Assembly: GCA_051294375.1 (NCBI GenBank)
Contig: CM119263.1
Coordinates: 23,785,310 to 23,849,309 of the forward strand
Direction: 5' to 3'
Length of the DNA stretch: 64,000 bases
Source: Paraspadella gotoi
Taxonomy: Eukaryota > Animalia > Chaetognatha
Under the pieces are notes generated by a model. It was given only the letters and a program-made list of their open reading frames with translations. It made no database searches and was not told where the DNA came from. Of this stretch, positions 53,604 through 64,000 are shown in pieces; within the stretch, counting starts at the first letter, position 1; each line of letters opens with the position of its first letter. The position numbers and the translations under genes were made by a program.

Positions 53604-54996
53604 GAGAGAGAGAGAGAGACGGACATTAAGATGCCCATAATAAAACGAGTAAAGAAAGAGGGAGAGATTTAGTCGAGACGGTCGAGGTCATTTGACTGGA
53701 ACAATCTTCTTTTCTCCCCCCCACCGGTCACGTGATCGAGTCACGTGGAATCCTTTGGCTAATTTCCCTCCTTCCATCTTTTATGGGCAAAATAAAATTT
53801 CGATTTATGAGCTGATGGTTGGGCTTTTCTTCCATCCTTTGCCTAATTCTTGCTCGTTTCAACTTGAAAAGGAGGAAGAGGAGGAAGAGGAGGATGAGGA
53901 GGTGGAGCCGATTATTCGATCACCAAAACCGATGCGATTTGAAGGCCACACCCCTCTACCACCCCCCCCCTCCATTTTCTCGCCAAAAAAAAGGTTAGAG
54001 GAAGAACGTGCTGAGTTTACGAATGCCTCCGCATCGAATCGTTTCATAATGATTTTAATTTTCTTTTTAAATTCAGTCTCTTTAGCAGCTGATTCCACGA
54101 GAAAAAAAAATCGTTTCGTTTTATTTTTAGAGTCGGGTTTTATTTCCATTTTTATTTTTCCTTCGTTGCAAATATTTTCCTTTTGGGAGTCTTTAATTTT
54201 TTTTTCTCTCTCTCTCTCTCGGTTTGAACCCTTGTTTTTTATTGCTTTGTTTTGTTTCAGCGCCTTGTTTTGATTAGCGGCCCTTGTTCCTTCCTCGCCT
54301 TTTTGTTTTTCCCTCGCTTTTCTCCTCTTCTTCGCTCACGTGACTTTCTCACTGATCGTCAGTCTTCGTCTTATTTTTCGCAGAGGATAAATTTCCATCT
54401 TTTTTTTTTCGCCAAAGTTATAAAAAATACTCAAAAGAAATATAAATTCCATGAGTTATGAAAAAAAAAATTTCATCGTCGTTTCTTCGCTTAAATCAAC
54501 ATGGAACGCTCTTTGTCGGAATGGATTTTATGCCTTTCACGAGCATCTGCTTACCCTACCCCCCTCCATCGGCCCGATTCGGAATATCATGCTTTTCCAT
54601 TATATTCACTATTTTGATTTTTTTTTTCTTTCCAAACTACGGAATTATTTTCGCTTTATCAAAAAAATAGTGAATCAAAACTTCGAATGGAATTTACCAT
54701 TAGATTTCAATGGAAAATATTTATTGAATTTCATTTTATAATACATCAAAATAATCACTGATGTTTTCTATTTTGAAACAGGTTTTATTTTTTTCATGCT
54801 TGCACAATACGCCACGTACCGAGAAGAATGCAACGTTGGTCGAATTTGCTCCCCCGCCGAATTTCAGCTTAAAACCACTTCTAAAATATGTTACATACCC
54901 TAGCAGTTATGTTTATTAAGAAGGTTATTAAGAATTGGAATACTAGTATTCTAGGTCAGGAAACCATGCACTAAAGCCCAGTCGATTAGAGCAATA

Positions 54997-55870
54997 TATA
55001 AGGGTGCTTCAAGCAACAATTGTAGCATACCCAAAATAAACAATATGCCTGCTGGTAGCTCCTTTCTATGCTAAAAGGAAAATTCTAAAGAGAGCAAATG
55101 AAGAACTTTATTTAGAAATATTTATTGGGAGTTGGGACATGATATCTTTATTACCCTATGGCCAATTGGCCATTAAGCTACAGCAGTTTAAAAAGTTATT
55201 TTTATCCTTGATTGCAAAAAGCAATTTTAAGATGCTGTAAAAATTTATTTTTTTCTTAAGTTCACACTGAAGTGGCCACTCTGGCTGAGTGCGATCTCTG
55301 TAGTTTGGAAAACAATAACTAATGTAGTAGGGCCTCTATGTATGAAATATCAAGTTAATAGCATAATGCAATCAACTGCAGCATCATATAAAAAAAATAC
55401 ATCCTTGTATTTTTGCTACTGGGTGAAAACCATTGCTGCATTCTACAATAGATTAATGAGATTCCATTTTTTTATATTTATGAAGAGCCAATACCCTTGG
55501 GTTTAATATATATGGCTCTAATGAAGGGCTTTATTGTTTACAGCTGAAAATAATGAAGATTTCAGATGCAGCAACATTTTGATTTTTGACTGAAGGATTT
55601 AACTTTTAACCAAAATATTTATAGCCCTGGGTAGACCGTCTCTGAGCTCAATCTTTCCGAAGCGTTTATAAAGAGCAGCTGTGATTCTTTTGGGTGCTGT
55701 GGCAAGAGTTGTTTTCGCAACAGTGCTTATCGCATGGCATTAATAGTTAGGACAAGGTCTGGTTAAGTATTTTCAATTATATTTTTTATATTTTAATGCA
55801 CACTGCTTGATAAAATAAAAAAGGATGAAGTGATAAGGATTTTCTAAGTTTTGAATCACTACCCTGTATA
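54997..55870. mobile_element. Possible decayed Tc1/mariner-type non-autonomous element
   Basis: Left end TATAAGGGTGCTTCAAG; right end (reverse complement) TATACAGGGTAGTGATTCAAAA. Both resemble TA-CAGGGTG TIR starts. The interior is free of microsatellites. Confidence 0.3.
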
Positions 55871-56286
55871 ATAAATTAAAAAAGAAAAAAGAAAAAGCTG
55901 GAAAAGTTCTCTATTATGATTTCCTTTATAAGAGTGATTCTTATCTCTGTGATGAAAGCTGCTATTCTCACCCGTTAAATTACTTGTGGTGATGGCCGTC
56001 CTTTCTTTCTCTCGATGCCACGGTCTGTCTCTCCCTCACTACTTCTCCCTCTCTCTCTCTCTTTCTCTCCCTCTCTTTCTACCCGGCGTCAAGTTCAGTA
56101 AGCGTCAATCCAAACTCGAGTACTTTCCGTCTCCAGTCTGCAGCCTTTGACGCTTGACAGCCGCGTGGCGCTTTGATGGCGGAATGTCGCCTCCAACTTT
56201 GCGTCTCTTCGACCAAAGACAGAACTCGTTCGGTTGGTTTTATATCTCATCGAGCTCAAAATGTTGATGTAATTTCAATAGCACAT

Positions 56287-56368
<82 letters not shown>

Positions 56369-56659
56369 CTCTCCTCTCTCTCGTCATTCTTCTCCCCGCC
56401 TTCCGTCTCTGTCTCACTCTCTTTGTCACGGTCCTTTTATCTCTAATTCACATCTCCATATTCATATTTTTCACTTTTCCTCTCCAGCCCGGGTCGTCTC
56501 TCGGTTTTTCCTATCACCGGTTTTTTTTTCCTGCCCTAATGAGATGGCGCCACTTCCGAATCCACTCTCCCAGTGGTCCCCCCACTTTTGTCTCCCAACA
56601 CTACTATCACCACCACCCACTCCTACCCCCATAGCCTCGACATCATTCCCTTGCTCGTT

Positions 56660-56965
56660 TTTTTTCTTTCTGAAAGCTCTTGAGAACTCCTCCCTTTCTG
56701 TGGCAGCAAACCTTTTCCTATCATCCTTTTTACAATATTTTCACGCTATTATATTGATAACAATCGAACCTGTTCTCACGTGACAATCTTTGCTGTTCTG
56801 CCGCTGCAAAATTGATTACATAGCTGCTGGATGTTCAAAACTGTCTCCTCTGTAAATGAGGCTTCCTTTTTCCTCGGCCTAGATCCTGTTTTAATTTCCA
56901 GCCGCATGGCGCTGTCTTCCTTTCGCCTTCACTCCACGATTTCACTGGCTTTCTCCGCCCTGGCA
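56660..56965 (-). pseudogene. Possible decayed LINE (RTE-like) ORF fragment
   Basis: Interrupted minus-strand translation ...GSRPRKKEASFTEETVLNIQ...KDDRKRFAATEREEFSRAFRK loosely resembles the endonuclease-RT linker of RTE elements. Judged by eye only. Confidence 0.2.
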
Positions 56966-59510
56966 TTGGGGGGGGGGCGTCCGTGGCGGCGGCAGTGTGA
57001 AGGGGAGACGGATTTCCTGAGGCATCCGATGCGAAATCCTCACAAACGTTGAAAAAAAGAAGGAAAGAGGGAGTGAAAAAGGAAAGTGAAAAAAAAAATA
57101 AGAAAAATTTTCTCGCCTCTTTTTCTCTCATCCATCGCCGCCATTTTTTTTATGGCTGGTTTTTCTTTTTATGACAGAAAAGAATAAAAATTTTATTTCT
57201 TTTTGAAAAAGTCGCGCGGGATTCTTTTTTTTCTTCCCCCCGAATGGATAAAAAAAAGTTTTTTATGATTCAGAGTAGCGAGGGGACGGCCTCTTGTGTG
57301 CTCGGTATTCGTTATAAAAACGCCTTCCGTGATTACAAAATAGCGATGGCGTGATTAAGTCGCTTGAGTTTAAAGAACTGAAAAGAGTTTATTTCAGCGA
57401 TAGTGAAAAGTATATTACAACGAGCAAAGTTCTACATGACAGATTTAATTGTCACTCGTTTCTTCAACCTGGGGCGATTTGTTTTCACAGGGCCTCAACG
57501 AATCGAAAAACAGTCCACCGGCAATCCAAAAAAAGCAGTTTGTTTACAAAGTACTTTTTTTTTCTCAAAAAATAGCTTTTGCTTTTATAAAAGTAACTTC
57601 CGCATTAAAATCAAGAAAGCCGTTCCACTCACTCACGACATTCGCGATTTCTGTCACATCGAATCTTGTATCCTGAATGAGTTATCGAATTCGAGGAGCT
57701 AATCCTCGACGGAGACATGAGTTGGAAATGGCTTTCTCTTCGCTCGCTCTCATTGGTCAGTTTCTCTCGCGTTGATTGGCCGCTTCTCCTTGGATCAATT
57801 TGATTGGCTGGACGCTCAAGACGGCTTCCTTGATTGATTTCCGATCGTGAAGTCGACCTCGGTTGAAAACCATAAATTACCCTAGGATCATTTCAATTAA
57901 GCATCAACGGATGACGTTGAATCGCGGGGAATTTGCATCTCTCCATTTTTGCTCGAATTCATTGAAAGAAATATTTTTCTTGTCAATCAGTTTTTATGTT
58001 CAAATTTGTCGTGATTTTTTTCCGTGGAGTGATTCATTCCAAGAACGACATTTTTCATCCCCTGGAATTTCAGAGATTACTCAAACCAGTTAAGCAATAT
58101 ATAAGATCAATCAATAAAGCAATTTATCTAATCAATTATATATCTTATATAGATATATGAATAAGGCTTATTTTAATTCTAATTTAACAATGTTTGTAGC
58201 TTCAAAAAAAACGCCTTAATTATGAACAGGTCGATTTGTCCGTCTCCCCACTGGGCCGTCCCCCTCCCCCCCCCCTCCCAACGCCAGGCCGTTATCTTAC
58301 TCGTTTTCCTTCGCGCGACTAAATATCTCAGAGTCGATAGGGAGGGGCCTGGAGGGAGGGAGGGGCCTGGAAGGGGGGGGGCCGAGTTCGAATCTGAGTG
58401 ACCTTCGACCCGAACCTTTGCCTCGAGAGTCTTTCGTCTTGGCGCGACCTTGCATATTTATGTCGAGGCCCTCATCGCACGTGGGGTCGGATGATTTGGG
58501 GGGGGGGTCTCGCTTGGGGAGGAGGAGTCCGGACGACGGCGTTCTGATTGCGGATTGGGCCGATGCGATTTCGATTGGGCGTGGGTTTTGGATGGCGGTG
58601 AAGTCGTATGGTAATTGTGATTGTTTGTGAAACGATATGCTTGATGCGACTTTCCTCTTATTTGTGCCTACCAGATCGCGGTTTCAAAAATCTCCACCAA
58701 AAATGGCAAATAGTGATTAACATAGTATCATCTTTAATTTTAACCTCGTATTAAATCATTTTCGTTATCCTTCTGTTATCAGTTGTATCGTGATTCCTGA
58801 GAGAATATGAGTTTATGGCAAGATATTATTGTCAAAAAATGATTCAACTCATTAAATTTCAAGTGCCCATCATCGTCGTCGTTGTAGTCGTAGTCTTTGC
58901 CTTTAATTCGCAGTAAGCGAAATACCTTAGCGACGGCGTTTGTTTCTGACCTTGATCTGTGGAGTGTGGAGAGCTTCGTCATCAACTTGCCTGTGACCTT
59001 GATTAGGACTCGGGCGACGTCGCAACCATAACAACTCCAAGAAACTTGGTCACACCACGTCGCACATAGTCCTGCATATCTTTCCTTCTCAGATCGAAGA
59101 AAGGAGCAGGACGTTAACCTCAATGTGCTCTCCGTCTCAAACTCGATCATCCTCTTCCTGCCGGCGAAATGAAGCCTTCGTTATTCGCTTTCTAATTTTG
59201 TCATTTTCCGGTGCCAGCCGCTGCCAGCCGGTGACTGCCTGTTCAGCGCCACAAACGCCGCCTCTCCCTGGTTAGGGTTGAGAGCGCCTCTGTCCCGTGG
59301 GTGAAAATTCATAGCACCGATTGCCGAATAAAGCCGCCGCCGCAGCCGCCGTAACCGCCGCTGCCATAGCCGCAGCCGGTTCCATCGCCGCGTTCAAGTT
59401 CCACGAAACCAAAACGTTTGTTTTCCGCTCTCTGACAGAGGGGGAGTGATTTCGAGCCTATGAACCTTCTCTCTCTCTCTCTCTCTCTCTACCTCTCTCT
59501 CTTCTCCTCT

Positions 59511-59566
<56 letters not shown>

Positions 59567-59832
59567 CAAACGGTCCCGGCAAAGGAGGTATAAAAGTTAA
59601 TCGGTCTCGCCATAACACTTACGGATATGCTCCCCCATAATCAGTTCTCCCAAGGCGCAAACGGTTTCGCGAATGTGGAAGGAAAAAAAAAAAAAAGACA
59701 AAAGGGAGGAAACTCGAGGAAAGGGAGACTTTTCCGAAAATTAAATTAAAACCACAGAAAAAAATCTTGTTAATTTTCTGGGACAATTACGGCGGCAATT
59801 AAGACAATTCATTTTCTCGGTGTCTCTCGCAC

Positions 59833-59911
<79 letters not shown>

Positions 59912-61759
59912 AGATTCTCAGCATTTACTTTTTTTTCCGAGCGATCCTTTTCCGTAATGGCGAATTCAAAGGATTTTTAAAGTCGATGAAAAAAGAAGGA
60001 AAAGCGAAAAGAAAAATTAGAAAAACAGAAAAGTAGAGAGGGAAAAAAGATAAGAAAAGAAAGGAAAACAACGAAGAAAAGCTTAAGATTTTAAAAAAGG
60101 AATTTTTCAAGATTGAGAATTCAAACGGGAAAAATCGGCCAAAATTTCTAACAAAGAATTGGGTTCCGCCCGTTCGATTGAATATCATCCAGAATAAAGA
60201 TGAAAATCATCCAATCGAAGCCCATCAAAATTCGGGCCGGTCGTTAACGTCGTCTCGGTTTTACGTTTTTCAACACTTGACCACAACAACGAATATTTTA
60301 ATTTTTACTGACATTAAAAAGTTTAAGTGATTGTAAAAAAAATTGTTTCAAAAAAGACTTGGGGAAGGCCACGGGTTCCAATCAAAATCTTTGTCATAAT
60401 AAAAAAAACATTCACTTATTTCATCGTTAATTTGTGAATCATGATTCGTAAAGGAGGTCACGTCTCTGTGAATTCACCCGCAGTCAAATCTCCTTAAATT
60501 CCCCCTAATTCCCCCTAATTTTCGAAAGAAATAAAATTAAGGCTTAATTTTATTTCTTTCGAAAATTAGGGGGAAAAAAATTTTTGTTTTGACGAATTGA
60601 ACTTGATGACTCATCACCTCAAAATTAATGCTATTTTCGCGATCAAAGAAGCCAAACTCCGCCCTAAACAAAACGTCGAACAAGGATGTGATCTTTTTTT
60701 TTTTGAAAGGAAGATTAAAATTTAGCGCGTCCGTTTTTAAAGCGGACAATCTGTAAAGAAGATGATAATGAAATATCAAAACGAAATTTATGTTAGAATT
60801 GGGAAACTGCCTTGAACGCTGTTCACTTATTTTTTAGAAAGCTAATAAGAATTTTAGAAACATTAAAAACTCCAGGGATTCTAAAAAAAACAGTATTTTT
60901 GGGGAATTTCATATTTTTCTAAAATTCACTTTTTATTCAGAGCTACAAAAGATATGTATGTTTAATAGTCTATTGTCTATATTTGTAGTACTACTATAGT
61001 ATTTCGATTGTAGATAAATTGTTTACAACAAATAAAATGAGATTAAATACATCAAATACCAAAACTATAATGTTGAATCCAAGCGAAAAATCTAACCCCA
61101 AAATTGCGGTTGGCAGCATCGGGAACGAGGCGGATAGTAAAACCCTGTGATAAATTATCTTTTTTGGTGAGCACTCGCTCACCCTGTTCAAAAAGAATTT
61201 CTCGCAATACATCAGCCCCGCATGGAACGCGGCTGTATTTTATCTTCATTTTTATTACTTTCATTTGACGCGTCTTAAAACCCATAAACCCGAGGCTTAA
61301 CCTTTTCCTCGTGGGCGATAAATACTCGCGACCATCTGGTTGTGGCTCGAGGACATTCCTATCCTTTCATTCCCAGAATTTAAAGACATTGCATAGTTTA
61401 AATTAAAAAGTATGTTTCTTTATTGTTTATCTGTCTAGTATATATCCCCAAAAATATTTATGTGTGGCCTCAGCCTATGATACGCATTTAAGAAAGCTGA
61501 AAAACTAAAAAGGTATCTTAAACTTAAAGATTTAACGATTTTAACAGTACAAAAAGACCAGCTTGATATTAAATGATTTAAAATTGTTTACAAATAGAAC
61601 CGACATTGAAAAAAATAACTTCAAGTTCGACTCGTTTTCGATTTATAAGTTTCGTAAAAAATCGGATTTTGGAGGAAACATCTGTTGACTTGGCGTCACT
61701 TCAAAAACCCCGGATCCCGAAGGAAATCTATGGGCGATAATCAGTGCCGATGGTGAGGC

Positions 61760-61800
<41 letters not shown>

Positions 61801-62565
61801 CGTGTGTGTCCCTTTCTCGGAAAGGCAACATGTCATGACGAGGAGGGAAACTTTTGTGCTGAGACCAGCACAACGGAATCTGCCGACGCCGACGCCGACG
61901 CCGAAGCTGCCAGTCAATTTACATAATCGTGGATTCCAATCGAATTGTCGCGCATTTTTTCGAGGCCCGGGATTTAGGATAACGAACGGAGGGAGTTTTC
62001 AATTTTAGAATCACATGGAGCAAAATTCATGCTAATAGAGGGTAAAAAAACTTCGACAAACCCGCTCAAAAATTACAAAAAAATATTGTATTTATCATAC
62101 AGTTAAACTCGCATGGTACAATAGTAATAACCATCCGAATGTTACCCGAAGACGTAGACCGCAACCCCGACCAGTAACGACTCCCTACGGACGACGCCTG
62201 GATTCGGGTTGAACAACGATCCTCCGAGACCGCGCCCCACCCCGTCTCTCTTTTCTCTCTCGGACGTCAACGATGTTTACCGACTGGTTTCCAATAGCGA
62301 CAACAATGCAAAAAGCAGAAGGGAAAAGTGGGAGGATGAGAGGCGTAGTTTTGACTCGGGCGGGACAAGATAGGAGAAGAGTCGGTGAGGGTTAGAATGA
62401 GTTAGGACCGAGAAAGCGATTTAGTTACTTAAAACGTTCAAGCGTTTCTTTAAGACTATCTACAAAATTCAATTTCATCAATTCAAAAATTCATATCTGT
62501 GCTATCCATTTGCTATCCATAAGCATAAAATTTCCGAAAACTAGTGATCCAAAAATAATACATAA

Positions 62566-62790
62566 TTTATTAAAATCTTAATAAACTGTTGGCGAAGTTC
62601 TATTAATTCTTTTATAAATTAAAAACTATCACACTCTTAATTTTAGTGAACTACGTACTTGATCGCGAAGGTAAACAAATATAATACTTAACTCATTAAA
62701 ATCTTAATAAACCGTAGGCGAAGTTCTATTAAATCTTTTATAAACTATCAACCCCAAAAAATTATTGAACTATTAAATCTTTTATAAACG
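62566..62790 (+). repeat. ~127-bp imperfect tandem repeat
   Basis: ATTAAAATCTTAATAAAC.GT.GGCGAAGTTCTATTAA.TCTTTTATAAA occurs twice, plus a partial third copy. Confidence 0.85.
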
Positions 62791-63624
62791 ATTATGACAA
62801 CAGCCGGGTTGCCTGTGATGCCCATTGGGATGGGGCATCTCACTGTTGGCTTTTGGGGCTTCCGACCCTCAATGATGGCTCCAGTAGAGCGTAGTCAAAG
62901 TCACGTAAGAAAATTCTAATTGTCAATTATGAACAATGTACCACCAGTAAACATTAATTTATGGAAAAAAAGTATTTTATATTTTTTAATTTTATATTTA
63001 TATATAGTACTTTCCTAAAGAAATCCTAAAATTTCAGAATTGAATTCCTGATAAAAGTTGATAAAAGAAAATATAACTCATTTTAAAAAATTCTTTCATT
63101 TAGTAGGTTGAAAATTCAAAATACTATATTTAATAAAAAAAAAAGAATTTTCAGCTTGAAAAATAGGTTTTTATAATTTTTGACCAACTTAATATAAGAA
63201 ATTTTAGTTTATTTCTTTATATAAACTTTTTAAGACGAATCCAAATCTGCAAAAAAATCTTATAAAAATCCATTTTGAAATTTTAACAATTATAGTATTA
63301 GTACTATTCATAAATATAGCCTACTGCGTAAATTGAAAAAAATATAATAAGTTATTTTTATACATTAATGTTCATTAGTAAAACGTTGTTCATTCCTCAC
63401 TTTTAGAATTTTAAATTAAGATAAATTTAAATTAAATTTAAACTTTTTACTACGCTTTAGGCTCCAGTCACTGTCGTGGTTACCCTAGGACGGTCTCGCT
63501 TTGCCAACGCAGATGAAAATTATTAGGGCCGTGGATGGAACGCAACGCTTGAGATGGAGCGTTCCCTCTCTGAGCCAATGGGAATAAAACTGAATAACTT
63601 GAGTAACACAACAAAAATGTATCT

Positions 63625-63904
63625 TCAATTGAGGTTAGGCAGCGAATCTTTGACTTTTTTCTTCTTGTAACTATCCGGGTCCAACGGGTCCTTCCCGTAC
63701 TCTGCCTCCATTATTTCCCGGATTTTTGAATCCGAACATGGCACGTACACTAAGTGACCGTGCAAGTCGGCCGAACACAGGTTGTCCGCGTAGTTGAGTG
63801 TGGGCACGCCGCCCGGACGATGCTCAGTGTGGTAGATCCGTCCTTTGTATGCGAAGACCAAGTCGAACATTAGACCATTCGTGTAACCATTCACGTAGTA
63901 CCAT
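63625..63904 (-). CDS. Terminal exon of a fukutin-like / LicD-family protein (gene continues beyond the window end)
   Basis: Translation contains LMFDLVFAY...LCSADLHGHLVYVPC...IMEAEYGKD, matching the fukutin C-terminal pattern LDxFFFY...LCW...VHVPC...IEANYG. Candidate acceptor TTTTCGCAAG| precedes 63904. Non-repetitive, coding-like composition. Confidence 0.75.
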
Positions 63905-64000
63905 CTTGCGAAAACAATTTTTAGGTTTTGGGCTTTTATATAAAAAATGTCTTTATGACTATTACATAATCTAAATTCTTAAATTTCAAAAACGCAGGAG

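Noticed and set aside
58779-59157. 123-aa minus-strand ORF with possible splice sites
   Set aside because: No recognisable homology or coding bias; cannot be supported without expression data.

Overview
Eukaryotic (invertebrate-like) AT-rich, gene-poor scaffold, dense in (CT/GA)n, (CTTT/GAAA)n and (GAC)n microsatellites. Almost all ORFs in the track are translations of simple repeats. About a third of the window consists of indel-rich direct or inverted duplicates, mostly next to gaps of exactly 25 N, which look like long-read gap-filling artefacts. The only recognisable protein-coding piece is the last exon of a fukutin/LicD-family gene (63625-63904, minus strand); there is also a possible pair of small exons at 8303-8701. 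The standout feature is a ~676-bp non-autonomous LTR element (TRIM) at 15526-16201 with LTR-PBS-internal-PPT-LTR structure. Each ~240-bp LTR carries a tRNA-derived Pol III promoter immediately followed by a circularly permuted (type P5) twister ribozyme motif with a compensatory pseudoknot change. This predicts a Pol III-driven, self-cleaving, probably circularising ~434-nt RNA, i.e. a 'twister retrozyme'.
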